From: Chitinophagales bacterium
Lineage (GTDB): Bacteria > Bacteroidota > Bacteroidia > Chitinophagales > JADIYW01
Direction: 5' to 3'
Assembly: GCA_023957215.1 (NCBI GenBank)
Contig: JAMLHH010000013.1
Location: forward strand, 15,111-79,110
Length of the DNA: 64,000 bases
A program made the translations under genes and the position numbers. The notes under the pieces are model-generated. The model made no database searches. It was not told where the DNA came from and saw nothing but the letters and a program-made list of their open reading frames with translations. This document shows, piece after piece, positions 45,597-57,416 of the stretch. Numbering within the stretch: position 1 is the first letter of the stretch; each line of letters begins with the position of its first letter.

Positions 45597-47246
45597 ATGC
45601 TATCAGAATTACACATAAGAAACTACGCTATCATCGAATCCGTTGATTTGATTTTTGACAAACATCTCAATGTTATCATTGGTGAAACAGGTGCAGGAAA
45701 ATCCATCTTAATGGGGGCTTTAAACTTAGTCCTCGGTGACAGAGCCGATTTACAAGTCTTGATGGAAAAAGACAAAAAATGTGTGGTAGAAGCTCATTTT
45801 GAAATCAAAAATTTAGATTTAAAGGCTTTTTTTGAAGAAAACGATTTAGACTATGCGGATATAAGTTTGATACGAAGGGAAATCTTACCTCAAGGAAAAA
45901 GCCGGGCTTTCGTTAACGACACACCGGTAACATTGAATGTATTAAAAGAATTAACTACACAACTGATAGATATTCATGCACAAAGTGAAAACAATCTACT
46001 TGAAAATGAAAACTTTTTTATTCAACTCTTAGATACGATATCACAAAATCCCTTTCTTAAAGACTATCAAACCGTATATAAAGACTATCTATATACAAAA
46101 AAGGAACTGTCACGATACAAAGATGAATTAGCACAATTTCAAAAAGAGTACGATTTTATCAGTTTTCAGTATGAGGAATTAGATCAGGTAATTCTAACAA
46201 GAGAGTATTGGGAGGAAGTCAATGACGAACTTAATATTTTATCAAATGCAAATCACATTATCGAAAATGTGCAGACTGCTCTCAACTTACTTTCTGAAAA
46301 TGAAATCAATGTAGATACTCAAATTTCAGAAATATATCGACTACTCTCTCCTATTGCAGAGATACATTCCGAATTGAAAAATGCAAATCAGGAAATAGAA
46401 GAAATACAAATAAAAATCAGAGAATTGACCCGGATTTTTAATAGCCTTTTGAATAAGATAGATGCTGATGAAAATCGTCTCAACGAACTTGCAGAATATC
46501 AAAGTGTAGTCAACAGATTGATGCAAAAACATCAAGTTAAAGAAATCGGAGAACTCATCTCCATCCGTAAAGAATTAAAAGAAAAATTAGATCACTTTTC
46601 ACTTAGTAACGAACACATACAGGATTTAGAAAATAGATTAGAGGTTTTATGGAGAAAAATGATAGATTTTGCCAAAAAAATTTCTTCAATTCGAGTAAAA
46701 CATTCATCTCAACTTAGTCAATCTGTAACAGATATACTGAAAAATTTGGGAATGCCGTTCGGCAAAGTGGAAATCAAGGTAGAATACACCGAACAACCGG
46801 GGTTTAATGGAATGGACAAGGTCTATCTCATGTTTGCTCCGAATAAAGGAAGCGAGTTACAAACATTACAACACGTGGGTTCCGGTGGTGAAAAATCAAG
46901 ACTCATGTTAGCCATCAAATCTTTAGCAGCACGTGAAACAGCCATGCCTACTTTGATTTTTGACGAAATAGATACCGGTATCTCAGGAGAAGTCGCTTTA
47001 CAAACCGGAGAGTTGCTCAAACAAATCAGCAAACAACATCAAGTCATCAGTATTACACACTTACCACAAGTTGCCGCTGCCGGGAAGCAACTATACTTAG
47101 TGTATAAAGAGCATTTGGAAGAAAGAAGTCTGACACGAATCAAATCTTTAGACAAAGAAGGTGCTGTACAGGAAATTGCCAAAATGCTGAGCGGAGACCA
47201 ACCGACACCTGCCGCAATAGAGAATGCCAGAAATTTGATAAATTAG
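45597..47246 (+). CDS. recN: DNA repair protein RecN
   Basis: 549 aa with Walker A GETGAGKS, a long coiled-coil middle, the signature SGGEKSRLMLA and Walker B LIFDEIDTG. Confidence 0.93.
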   Translation: MLSELHIRNYAIIESVDLIFDKHLNVIIGETGAGKSILMGALNLVLGDRADLQVLMEKDKKCVVEAHFEIKNLDLKAFFEENDLDYADISLIRREILPQGKSRAFVNDTPVTLNVLKELTTQLIDIHAQSENNLLENENFFIQLLDTISQNPFLKDYQTVYKDYLYTKKELSRYKDELAQFQKEYDFISFQYEELDQVILTREYWEEVNDELNILSNANHIIENVQTALNLLSENEINVDTQISEIYRLLSPIAEIHSELKNANQEIEEIQIKIRELTRIFNSLLNKIDADENRLNELAEYQSVVNRLMQKHQVKEIGELISIRKELKEKLDHFSLSNEHIQDLENRLEVLWRKMIDFAKKISSIRVKHSSQLSQSVTDILKNLGMPFGKVEIKVEYTEQPGFNGMDKVYLMFAPNKGSELQTLQHVGSGGEKSRLMLAIKSLAARETAMPTLIFDEIDTGISGEVALQTGELLKQISKQHQVISITHLPQVAAAGKQLYLVYKEHLEERSLTRIKSLDKEGAVQEIAKMLSGDQPTPAAIENARNLIN

Positions 47247-47315
47247 TCAGTACATTCTCCAAGATTTTTTAGATATATCTTTAGCAATATTTTGAATGCA
47301 AACGGCAATCAAAAT

Positions 47316-48581
47316 TTAGGTCTTTCTTTCCTTTTTCTTCGCAGCCGGGAAAAGGATATTGTTCAAAATCAACCTATAGCCGGGAGAATTAGGATGTAAA
47401 TTCAAATCAGTAGGCGCATCTCCCACTAAATGACGATAATCCTCGGGGTCATGACCGCCATAAAAAGTCCACGTTCCCTTACCCAAGCTTCCATGAATAT
47501 ATTTTACCTCATTTGCAGCCTTGTTTTCTCCAAGTATCAAGACATTCTTTTTGACCAAATCTTTTTTAAAGGCTGTCGTCTGACCCATAAAGCCCTTGAT
47601 CAAACGGGTATGATTTTGAGTCAGCATCGTAGGAACGGGATCCCATTTGGCAGAAAATTCAAAAATGCTGAAATAATCGAGCTTTTGTTCCATAGGTCGG
47701 ATAGGTGACACATCAATATCAGAATATTCATAGACGATAGGACTCCTCTCCAATTTAAAGTTTTCAAATGCAAAAGTTTTAGAATAGTCTAATTTTGATT
47801 GTGCTTGTGGATCCATCGGATCACCATCAAAAACTTCATGGCATATATCCACGCCATCTGCCGCCAAAGCGATATCATAAGAGTCCGTAGCAGAACACAT
47901 GGCAAACATAAATCCACCGCCTACAACATATTCATTTATTTTTTTTGAAACAGCTAACTTTTCTTGTGAAACTTTAGAAAATCCAAGCTTTTTAGCCAGC
48001 TCCTCCGCATCCTTTTTTTGTTGTATATACCAATCAACATTTCTGTATGATCCATAAAATTTTCCAAATTGGCCGGTAAAATCTTCATGATGCAAGTGCA
48101 ACCAATCGTATAATACCAATTCGTCATTTAAGATCTCTGTATCATAAATTTCAGTATATGGAATTTCTGCATAGGTCAATACCAAAGTCACCGCATCGTC
48201 CCAAGGCATTTTACCAGATGGTGTATAGACAGCCACTTTAGGTGCTTTCTCTAATCTGACAGCATCCATATTCACATCCGGTGAAGAAATTTCATCTATT
48301 ATTTTAGACATAGAAGCATCTGGCAATATCTGATACTTTACACCTCTTATCGTACATTCTTTTTCGATATCGGCGTTAGAAGCGATGGAAAAACTACCCC
48401 CTTTGTAGTTGAGCAACCAATCTACGTTTATTTGTTTCATCAGTGCATAATAGGCAATACCGTACGCTTTCAGATGATTAGTCTGTGATTCATCCATAGG
48501 AATAAAAATATAAGCCGCTTTTAAAGAAAAAGAGGTCAGCAACATCATTAAAAACAGCAAACTATATCTGTAAAGTTTCAT
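47316..48581 (-). CDS. Conserved exported protein of unknown function (a family I recall being auto-annotated as asparagine synthetase B-like)
   Basis: 421 aa with a signal peptide. The segment VVGGGFMFAMCSATDSYDIA is reminiscent of a nucleophile-elbow cysteine in amidotransferase-like folds. The family assignment is from memory only. Confidence 0.4.
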   Translation of the reverse strand: MKLYRYSLLFLMMLLTSFSLKAAYIFIPMDESQTNHLKAYGIAYYALMKQINVDWLLNYKGGSFSIASNADIEKECTIRGVKYQILPDASMSKIIDEISSPDVNMDAVRLEKAPKVAVYTPSGKMPWDDAVTLVLTYAEIPYTEIYDTEILNDELVLYDWLHLHHEDFTGQFGKFYGSYRNVDWYIQQKKDAEELAKKLGFSKVSQEKLAVSKKINEYVVGGGFMFAMCSATDSYDIALAADGVDICHEVFDGDPMDPQAQSKLDYSKTFAFENFKLERSPIVYEYSDIDVSPIRPMEQKLDYFSIFEFSAKWDPVPTMLTQNHTRLIKGFMGQTTAFKKDLVKKNVLILGENKAANEVKYIHGSLGKGTWTFYGGHDPEDYRHLVGDAPTDLNLHPNSPGYRLILNNILFPAAKKKERKT

Positions 48582-48743
48582 CGTTAAAAATAAAATTAAG
48601 GATAATCAAAGATTCTACCAAGATAAAAATTTTTAAATAGTCTATTAAAAACTCTATTACAGCAAAAAACCTATTTGCAAAAAATGAATTAAAAGTTTGC
48701 GTATCTGTAAATTATTGTTAATTTGCAATTAAATTATATTTTT

Positions 48744-51737
48744 ATGAAACAGATTTGCTTAACTTTTATGGCTTTGATAGGCTTGACCTCCATCATTCAA
48801 GCCCAGACAACAGTTTCAGGATCCATAGTTGATAATTTTAATGATCCTCTAATTGGTGCAAGTGTTGTTGTAAAAGGCACAACCACCGGCACAGTAACAG
48901 ACTTCGATGGAAACTTTTCTATCGTTGTCAATGAAAAAGTACCTTTTACACTTGTTTTTTCCTACATAGGATTTACAAGTCAAGAAAAAGCGATTAACGA
49001 CAATCTTTCTAACCTTAAAATCAATCTTTCTGAAGAAAGTTCTATTTTAGATGAAGTCGTTGTTTCAGCTTCAAGAGTCGAAGAAAAAATATTGGAATCT
49101 CCTGTATCCATCGAAAAATTAGATTTACAAACCATTAAAAATTCTGCATCCGCAGACTATTTTGATCAAATGACCAAACTAAAAGGAGTGACGTCTGCAT
49201 CAGGTTCCATGACTTTCAATGCAATCAACACAAGAGGCTTTGGTGGTATCGCTAATACTCGTTTTGTACAATTGGTGGACGGTATCGATAATTCGGCACC
49301 ACTATTAAATTTTCCAATGGGTAACTTAATCGGTATAGGTGAAAATGATGTCAAAAGTGTGGAATTAGTACCTGGAGCAGCATCCGCATTATACGGCCCC
49401 AATGCTTTCAACGGTATTATGCTGATGGAAAGTAAAAGTCCTTTTGATTATGAAGGACTTACAGTGTCTATAAAGGGAGGTATGACAAGTGCCCAGCATG
49501 ACAAAAAAAATCATCCTTTATACAATGGTGATGTTCGTTACGCAAAAACATTCGGAAAATTCGGATTCAAAGTGACTGCAAGCTATTTTGGAGCCACTGA
49601 TTGGTTGGCAAATGATTATTTGACAGATATCCGAACACAGCAAACACACACCACCGACCCTTCCTCTTTACCAGAAAAAGTAATAGGTGACAGACCGGCA
49701 GACTTCAATGGAGTAAATACTTATGGAGATGAAGGAATTTTGACAACTGTTCCATTGGGACAGTTAGAAACTCTTAATAATAAAACTTTCAACGCATTGG
49801 TAGAAGGAGTCTCTGACAATGCAACTTTCCAAGCTTTGTTTGGTGGAAATGCAGATGATGCTAAAGATTTCGTTGCCAAAAACTTTAAATATCTACCTAC
49901 TATCGGCTTGAGAAGAACAGGTTTGACAGAAGAGGATTTATTAGACAACAGAAAAGCTTCAAGTGGAAAAGGAACTTTGGCATTGCATTACAGACCAAAG
50001 TCTGATATAGATATCAATTATGCTTTTAGAATAGGAACGGGCAACTCCGTATATCAAGGTTCTGAAAGATACGCTTTAAGAAACTTTTACAGTTTTTCCA
50101 ACAAAATTGAAGCTATCGGTAAAAACTTTATGGTTCGTTCTTATATGACTCAAACCAATGCCGGTGATTCATACAACATGACAGCCTTAGGGTCATATAC
50201 CAATGAGTTATTATATGGTACAGCCAGTGGTTGGGCAGCACAATACTTAGGAGCATTTGTAGGCACTTTGATGGCATCATCAAAAGTAATGGGTGTTAGA
50301 ATAGACAAAATGAATGTTGCAAGACCTAACCTGATGAGAGTAGCGTTTGCAGAAGCAAGATTAGCGGCTGATGGTTTTTTGCCGGCAAGAGGAACTCCTG
50401 CATTTCAAAATGCGATAGAAACAATTAGAGGTACTTATTTTCAACATGAAGATACGGCTAACGGCGTTCTCGGAGGTGCGGCATTTAAAGACAAATCCAG
50501 ATTGTTTCACACAGAGGGAACTTATGACTTTACTTCTCTTTTAAAAGATAAAGTAAGTATTTTGGCGGGGGCTAATCACAGAATGTACAGCCTATTTACA
50601 GATGGAACTATATTTAATGAAGATCCAGATAATACAGGTGTCAATAAAAGAATCAATATCAATGAATTTGGCGGTTTTGTACAAGCTACAAAAAAACTAT
50701 TTGAAGAAAGATGGAGATTGTCTGCATCTATCAGATATGACAAAAACGAAAATTTTAAAGGTGTCTTCTCACCGCGTGTGGCATCCGTTGTTAGCTTAGG
50801 CAAAAAACGCCAGCACAATATCCGTACATCCTTCCAAACCGGATTCAGAAATCCTGATACTCAAGCACAATATATTTATTTCCCTGCATCAGCAATTTTA
50901 CTCGGTGGTTCTAAAAGAAATGCTGAAAGATACGGATTGTATGAAGGTGGTGCTTATACAGCCGAGTCATTTGACAAGTTTAGATCATCAGTTATGATAG
51001 GCAAACCTGATCCAAGCTTGTTGCAAGACTTTTACATGGATTATATAAAACCCGAAAAATTGTCTAATGTCGAGGTTGGATATAAAACAGTTGTCAAAAA
51101 TTTATATATAGACTGGAACGCTTATTTTAACTGGTATAGAGATTTTATCGCACAATCTAATGTAGTGGCAAAAGTAGGAACAGAACAAAAAGGTGAACAC
51201 ATTGCCGGTGTAGATGACTTTATCAATACAAGTGGGTCTGATGCGCCACCGGTATTCAGACCTTACTATAATATCAGCGATAAGGTTACATCTTGGGGAA
51301 CAGCTATCGGTTTGAGCTATAAATCAAAAAAAGGTTACATACTTCGTGGTAATTATAATTACATGGATTTTGATGCATCCGAATTAGCTAAAAAACAAGG
51401 TGTGGACTTTAACTCACCTAAGCACATGTTTAATATCGGTATAGGTAATAGTAATGTAGAAAATACAGGAGCCGGATTTGATGTCAGCTATAGATGGCAG
51501 TCAGAATTTTACTGGGTCAACAGTTTTGGTAGTGGCAATGTAGATGCATACGGATCTTTAGATGCCACATTGTCTTACAATGTGAAAAAATGGAATACTG
51601 TATTTAGATTAGGTGCTTCCAATATCGTGGGTCCTGATTACAGAACAAATATTGGCGGGCCTTATGTAGGTAAAACAATTTTTGCAAGTATTACTTATGA
51701 CGCAAGTCTATTAGGTGGTGCTAAGAAGAAAAAATAA
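48744..51737 (+). CDS. TonB-dependent outer-membrane receptor with an N-terminal carboxypeptidase-regulatory-like domain
   Basis: Start taken at ATG 48744 (MKQICLTFMALIGLTSIIQAQ). The CarboxypepD_reg-like domain reads VSGSIVDNFNDPLIGASVVVKGTTTGTVTDFDGNFSI, followed by a plug domain (ILESPVSIEKL...GVELVPGAASALYGPNAFNG). No SusD-like partner gene follows. Confidence 0.85.
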   Translation: MKQICLTFMALIGLTSIIQAQTTVSGSIVDNFNDPLIGASVVVKGTTTGTVTDFDGNFSIVVNEKVPFTLVFSYIGFTSQEKAINDNLSNLKINLSEESSILDEVVVSASRVEEKILESPVSIEKLDLQTIKNSASADYFDQMTKLKGVTSASGSMTFNAINTRGFGGIANTRFVQLVDGIDNSAPLLNFPMGNLIGIGENDVKSVELVPGAASALYGPNAFNGIMLMESKSPFDYEGLTVSIKGGMTSAQHDKKNHPLYNGDVRYAKTFGKFGFKVTASYFGATDWLANDYLTDIRTQQTHTTDPSSLPEKVIGDRPADFNGVNTYGDEGILTTVPLGQLETLNNKTFNALVEGVSDNATFQALFGGNADDAKDFVAKNFKYLPTIGLRRTGLTEEDLLDNRKASSGKGTLALHYRPKSDIDINYAFRIGTGNSVYQGSERYALRNFYSFSNKIEAIGKNFMVRSYMTQTNAGDSYNMTALGSYTNELLYGTASGWAAQYLGAFVGTLMASSKVMGVRIDKMNVARPNLMRVAFAEARLAADGFLPARGTPAFQNAIETIRGTYFQHEDTANGVLGGAAFKDKSRLFHTEGTYDFTSLLKDKVSILAGANHRMYSLFTDGTIFNEDPDNTGVNKRININEFGGFVQATKKLFEERWRLSASIRYDKNENFKGVFSPRVASVVSLGKKRQHNIRTSFQTGFRNPDTQAQYIYFPASAILLGGSKRNAERYGLYEGGAYTAESFDKFRSSVMIGKPDPSLLQDFYMDYIKPEKLSNVEVGYKTVVKNLYIDWNAYFNWYRDFIAQSNVVAKVGTEQKGEHIAGVDDFINTSGSDAPPVFRPYYNISDKVTSWGTAIGLSYKSKKGYILRGNYNYMDFDASELAKKQGVDFNSPKHMFNIGIGNSNVENTGAGFDVSYRWQSEFYWVNSFGSGNVDAYGSLDATLSYNVKKWNTVFRLGASNIVGPDYRTNIGGPYVGKTIFASITYDASLLGGAKKKK

Positions 51738-51757
51738 ATTGGGCATACAATACCACT

Positions 51758-51794
51758 AAAAAAGGGCAGTCCGTAATGACTGCCCTTTTGTTTT
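51758..51794. terminator. Bidirectional rho-independent terminator between the TonB-dependent receptor gene and guaB
   Basis: aaaaaa-GGGCAGTC-cgtaat-GACTGCCC-ttttgtttt: a perfect 8-bp GC-rich stem with a U-tract on both strands. Confidence 0.8.
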
Positions 51795-51807
51795 ATATGA
51801 AATATTA

Positions 51808-53334
<1,527 letters not shown>

Positions 53335-53383
53335 TCATGTTAATAATTGTTTATCACTTCTAATATAAATTAAATCGCTATTT

Positions 53384-53410
53384 ATAAAAAAAGCCGTCCT
53401 CTCAGACAGC
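53384..53410 (-). terminator. Rho-independent terminator downstream of the 53440 beta-barrel gene
   Basis: The minus strand reads GCTGTC-tgagag-GACGGC-TTTTTTT, a 6-bp stem with one G-U pair, 30 nt after the stop codon. Confidence 0.6.
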
Positions 53411-53439
53411 CTTTCTTTCCTTTGACAAGAATCCTTTTA

Positions 53440-53988
53440 TTATAGCTTGATAGTCACACCAATTTTTGCAGGAGAAACCTCCATACCTCCCACTTCAAGT
53501 GCAATGGCAAACTTAGGAGCAAAGTAATATCTGAGACCCAAACCCGAACCTATTCTAAACTGACCCGAATTAGCCGGTTTAGTCCATCCTTGATAGTTTT
53601 TATACCCTGACCATCTATATAAATCATATCCCAAATGAACAGGTAAATAGAAATCTATCTTGTCAGATTTCAAATCTTTTGACACTTTATCGTCTATCAA
53701 TTGCCAAAAATGAAAAACACCTCTTGCTCCAAATCCGATTCTGGAAAATCTAATGTCCGAGTTTCCTGTATGCGAATTAAAGCCGAAAAAAGCACCCACG
53801 CTCACATAATCATGTACTGCATATTCACCATTTAAGGTCACACCGATTCCAAAACCACTTGAGTAAGTACCATAACCACCGAGGTTCAATGATGGTTGTA
53901 AAAGAAAATCTCCTTTTTCGATAGCCTGTGCATTTGCAATACCCAAACTCAAAAGTGTAACGAAGACACTAAAGATAATTTTTTTCAT
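53440..53988 (-). CDS. Small outer-membrane beta-barrel protein
   Basis: Start taken at MKKIIFSVFVTLLSLGIANAQ. It has alternating aromatic/Gly-rich strands and a terminal aromatic-rich strand. Function unknown. Confidence 0.6.
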   Translation of the reverse strand: MKKIIFSVFVTLLSLGIANAQAIEKGDFLLQPSLNLGGYGTYSSGFGIGVTLNGEYAVHDYVSVGAFFGFNSHTGNSDIRFSRIGFGARGVFHFWQLIDDKVSKDLKSDKIDFYLPVHLGYDLYRWSGYKNYQGWTKPANSGQFRIGSGLGLRYYFAPKFAIALEVGGMEVSPAKIGVTIKL

Positions 53989-54105
53989 AGATTTATAGTT
54001 TGTTACGGTAAAGATAAATAAATCCACGGTAAAATAAATCTATCACTGTTTATTTAATATGTTTATGCTAACAATCATTATAGGTAATTACTTAAATATC
54101 ACTAC

Positions 54106-55350
54106 TTGAACATTAAAAGTTTTTTATACTTCTTCTTTATTTTATGGTGTGTTTCTACCGGATGGAGTACAGCATTGATAAGTGTTTTGATGACTATTAC
54201 ATCTTTACTTATCATAATAGATAGCATAAAAAATAAAAACTCTTTTATCCATTTTTTAAGTTTGGTTTTTCCGACTATTGCCTTGTTTTTTATCATAGCC
54301 ATTAGCTCGCTTTGGTCATCCGATATAGCCATAGGTTTGAAAAACACAAAAGCTTATCTACCGTTTTTGCTGTTTCCCTACTGTTTTCAATATATTTTAA
54401 AAAACAATCGAAAAGCGATTTTAACAGGTATCCGTTTTCTTGGTTTTTCATTATTGGTGGCTTACTTCATTACTATTATTTGGAATATCATCCCACAGGA
54501 AAAAGCTTATCAACTTTCCACCTCACTTTCGGGATTAGTCAAGCCTTTTACTTTTTCCGATAAATATCTTTTTGGGTGGTATGTGCCTTTTATGGAAAGG
54601 ATACATTTTTCAAATCTCCTGTCTCTATCTGCTCTGAGCTTTGTCTTTTTATTTTTTAGGACAAAAAAAATCTATGATATCCTGATTGCTCTGATTTTGT
54701 CAAGTGCTCCTTTTTTATTGGGTGCCAGAGCTTCCATGATAGGCGTTTTGATGTATGTATCCTTCCTTTTTATCTATGCAATCAGAAAATCTTCAAAGAA
54801 AATCAGTCTATATATCCTAATCGGTGGAATTGTTGTCGGAAGTATGGCTTCATTTTTATTTTATCCCAATATTAAAGCAAGATACAATCAGACCATGTAC
54901 GAGTTGAAAGCCATACAAGACCATAGTTTAAAAGATAAAGATTACACTCATTTTGCCACTTTGACAAGATTTGTTTCTTGGCGTCATGCCTGGGATTTGT
55001 TTGTAGAAAAACCGGTTGTAGGATATGGAATAGGTGATTATTTGTCAAAATATGAAGCAAGATACCATGAAAAAAATGCAGATCTACAGATGACTTACCA
55101 CTCTCAGTTTTTGTACTTTTTGGGAGTTTTCGGAATAATGGGTTTTACCTTGTTTTTGATTTCCTATCTTTATTATGGATTCCAACTTCAAATAAGCTTA
55201 TCAAAAATGTATTTCCTATGCTTTACAATTTATATTTTTTGTGTATGGTTTTTTGACACAGGACTTTTACAAAAGAAAGAAATGATGGCTTTCACCTTAT
55301 TTATATGTTTTGCACAATGGTTAGAGAAATCAGAAACATCATCCATTTAA
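54106..55350 (+). CDS. O-antigen ligase/polymerase-like (Wzy_C family) membrane protein
   Basis: 414 aa with about 10 TMs and a periplasmic loop, followed by YHSQFLYFLGVFGIMGF, which is typical of the family. The start is TTG in the track and is uncertain. Confidence 0.6.
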   Translation: MNIKSFLYFFFILWCVSTGWSTALISVLMTITSLLIIIDSIKNKNSFIHFLSLVFPTIALFFIIAISSLWSSDIAIGLKNTKAYLPFLLFPYCFQYILKNNRKAILTGIRFLGFSLLVAYFITIIWNIIPQEKAYQLSTSLSGLVKPFTFSDKYLFGWYVPFMERIHFSNLLSLSALSFVFLFFRTKKIYDILIALILSSAPFLLGARASMIGVLMYVSFLFIYAIRKSSKKISLYILIGGIVVGSMASFLFYPNIKARYNQTMYELKAIQDHSLKDKDYTHFATLTRFVSWRHAWDLFVEKPVVGYGIGDYLSKYEARYHEKNADLQMTYHSQFLYFLGVFGIMGFTLFLISYLYYGFQLQISLSKMYFLCFTIYIFCVWFFDTGLLQKKEMMAFTLFICFAQWLEKSETSSI

Positions 55351-56420
55351 GTTCTGCCGATATCTGGAGAGGAGCAGAACAACAAATCATTTATCTCTAT
55401 CAAGGGCTAAAAGAGAAAGGTTACAGACAAAAAATCTACTGTTCTGAAAATGGAGTTTTAGCACAGTATTGCATTCAAAATCATCTTCCACATCAGACTT
55501 ATAAAAAAGAGAGTGGACTCAATCTCAACTTAGCCTCCCTCATCAGACAAGCAGATAGAAATCGGGAAGTAGATGTCTTACATATTCACGATCCACATGC
55601 ACATCATGCATATATTTCAGCCTATTTGTTGGGCTTAGAAACTCCGGCTATCTTACATAGAAGAGTGGATTTTCTGACTGCCCAAAATATTTTTTCAGCC
55701 GGAAAGTATTCTATCGAAGGGATCAAAAAGATCATCTGTGTATCTCAAAGAGTGAAGGAAGTTTTTAAAAACAATGCCAAAATATACGATAAATGTCAGG
55801 TTATTTATGATACAGTAGATATTCAGAAGTTTCAAAAAATCAATGGTAGAAATATACTTGAAAAAGAATTTCCACAACTCAAAAATCAAACGATAGTCGC
55901 AAATATTGCAGCGATGGTTGACCACAAAGATTACCCTACTTTTCTAAAATCAGTACACTATCTTCTAAAGGTATTGAATGAAAAAGAGCTCAAATTTTTA
56001 ATCATCGGTCAAGGGGAAAAAGAACAGGAAATCAGACAGCTTATTCAAGATTACCACTTGGAAGCTGATGTCATTATAGTAGGTCAAAGAAATGATATTC
56101 CTGATATTTTAAACGGAATAGATATTTATACTTTTACTTCAAAGATGGAAGGTTTCGGCTCGACCATTTTAGAAGTTATGTCCGCAAAAGTACCTATTGT
56201 AGCCACCAATGTGGGAGGTCCGGCAGAGATTTTACAACACAAAAAGACAGCACTTATTTCTAATGTCGGAGATTATATCAGTATATCACAAAATATTTCC
56301 GAGCTAAAAAATCATCCTGAACTTCGTAAAAATATAGCTCATCAAGCTTTTCAAACGGTAGAAAAATATAGTATCACTCAATATGTAAAACAGATAGAAG
56401 ATATTTATATAAACTTCTAA
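55305..56420 (+). CDS. Glycosyltransferase, GT4 (GT-B fold)
   Basis: 371 aa with the C-terminal motif FTSKMEGFGSTILEVMSAKVPIVATNVGGPAEIL (EX7E type). Confidence 0.85.
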   Translation: MFCTMVREIRNIIHLSSADIWRGAEQQIIYLYQGLKEKGYRQKIYCSENGVLAQYCIQNHLPHQTYKKESGLNLNLASLIRQADRNREVDVLHIHDPHAHHAYISAYLLGLETPAILHRRVDFLTAQNIFSAGKYSIEGIKKIICVSQRVKEVFKNNAKIYDKCQVIYDTVDIQKFQKINGRNILEKEFPQLKNQTIVANIAAMVDHKDYPTFLKSVHYLLKVLNEKELKFLIIGQGEKEQEIRQLIQDYHLEADVIIVGQRNDIPDILNGIDIYTFTSKMEGFGSTILEVMSAKVPIVATNVGGPAEILQHKKTALISNVGDYISISQNISELKNHPELRKNIAHQAFQTVEKYSITQYVKQIEDIYINF

Positions 56421-56484
56421 CAATTAGAAATGTAGGAAACATAGAATAGTTACACTATTTATATACAAAGTCATGAGTTATGGA

Positions 56485-56524
56485 TACATCGGTACATTGG
56501 TATAATGATTCATTGATAAATTGC
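56485..56524. repeat. Degenerate 8-nt tandem array (5 units)
   Basis: The units are tacatcgg tacattgg tataatga ttcattga taaattgc. Confidence 0.6.
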
Positions 56525-56556
56525 ACATTTTCAAATTTGCTAATTTTTAAATTAAC

Positions 56557-56574
56557 TTGGTGTTCCGTCACCAA
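56557..56574 (+). repeat. Hairpin element TTGGTG-ttccgt-CACCAA (same family as 32855-32872)
   Basis: 17 of 18 positions match the 32855 copy. The flanking CATTAT is also shared. Confidence 0.75.
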
Positions 56575-56595
56575 TCATTATGATTACTCCATTAT

Positions 56596-56691
56596 TACAT
56601 TGATACATTGGTACATTGATACATCGGTACATTGATACATCGGTACATTGATACATCGGTACATTGGTACATCATTACATTGGTACATATA
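56596..56691. repeat. 12 tandem 8-mers (TACATTGA/TACATCGG/TACATTGG), i.e. a 16-nt higher-order unit, ending 56 nt before the nadD ATG
   Basis: Exact 8-nt phasing was verified base by base from 56596 to 56691. A period of 8 is incompatible with coding. Confidence 0.9.
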
Positions 56692-56747
56692 TCACCGTGA
56701 CCTGTCAACTCTTTTGCCAAACAAAAATCACTACCTTTATAATCAAT

Positions 56748-57320
56748 ATGAAAATAGGTCTTTTCTTTGGTTCCTTCAATCCTATACACAACGGACACCT
56801 CATCATCGCCAATAAGATGTATGAAGCTGCCGGTTTTGATGAAGTCTGGTTCATACCTTCACCTCAAAATCCATTTAAAGAACAAAAAGATTTACTACCT
56901 TTTATATATAGATATGAGATGATACAAAATGTGATAGAATCTCAGCCACATCTTAAAGTTGATCCAATAGAAGATAGTCTTGATATACCATCTTATACGA
57001 TAACAACTTTAGAAGCACTTCACCGGCTTTATCCTAAAAATGAGTTTCACATCATTATGGGTACAGATATTTTGATAGACTTTCATTTATGGAAAGAATA
57101 TGAGAAAATTTTAAAAACAACCCAGCTTCATGTCTATAACAGAACTATTGATGAAGATATAAAAAAGTCAAAAAGTGATAAAATACACTATTATTCATTG
57201 CCGCTATTAGATATATCCTCAACTTCTATTAGAGCAAGTATCCATTCCGGAAAAAGTGTAATTGGTGAGTTAGATTCAAAAGTTTGGCAAATCATCAAAA
57301 AGCAGAAATGGTATTTTTAA
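56748..57320 (+). CDS. nadD: Nicotinate-nucleotide adenylyltransferase
   Basis: Start at ATG 56748 (MKIGLFFGSFNPIHNGH, the HxGH motif) and a C-terminal ISSTSIR motif. The upstream part of the track ORF only reads through the 8-mer array. Confidence 0.88.
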   Translation: MKIGLFFGSFNPIHNGHLIIANKMYEAAGFDEVWFIPSPQNPFKEQKDLLPFIYRYEMIQNVIESQPHLKVDPIEDSLDIPSYTITTLEALHRLYPKNEFHIIMGTDILIDFHLWKEYEKILKTTQLHVYNRTIDEDIKKSKSDKIHYYSLPLLDISSTSIRASIHSGKSVIGELDSKVWQIIKKQKWYF

Positions 57321-57416
57321 GACTTATAAACATTCGTATAATAACTATATATAATGCTTTTATTTTTAGCTCTAAAATATCAACATTCAGTTTCTTGATA
57401 AACATAGATTATATGG

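Noticed and set aside
54102-54347. 81-aa minus-strand ORF overlapping the start of the O-antigen ligase-like gene
   Set aside because: It lies antisense to a hydrophobic membrane-protein gene, is Lys/Ile-rich as expected from AT-rich antisense sequence, and has no motif support.
56595-56798. Minus-strand 67-aa ORF (…MYQCTDVSMYRCINVPMYQCTNVSM), and the 5' extension of the nadD track ORF from 56664
   Set aside because: Both only read through the 8-nt tandem array, and a period of 8 is not a multiple of 3. nadD has a canonical N-terminus starting at ATG 56748.
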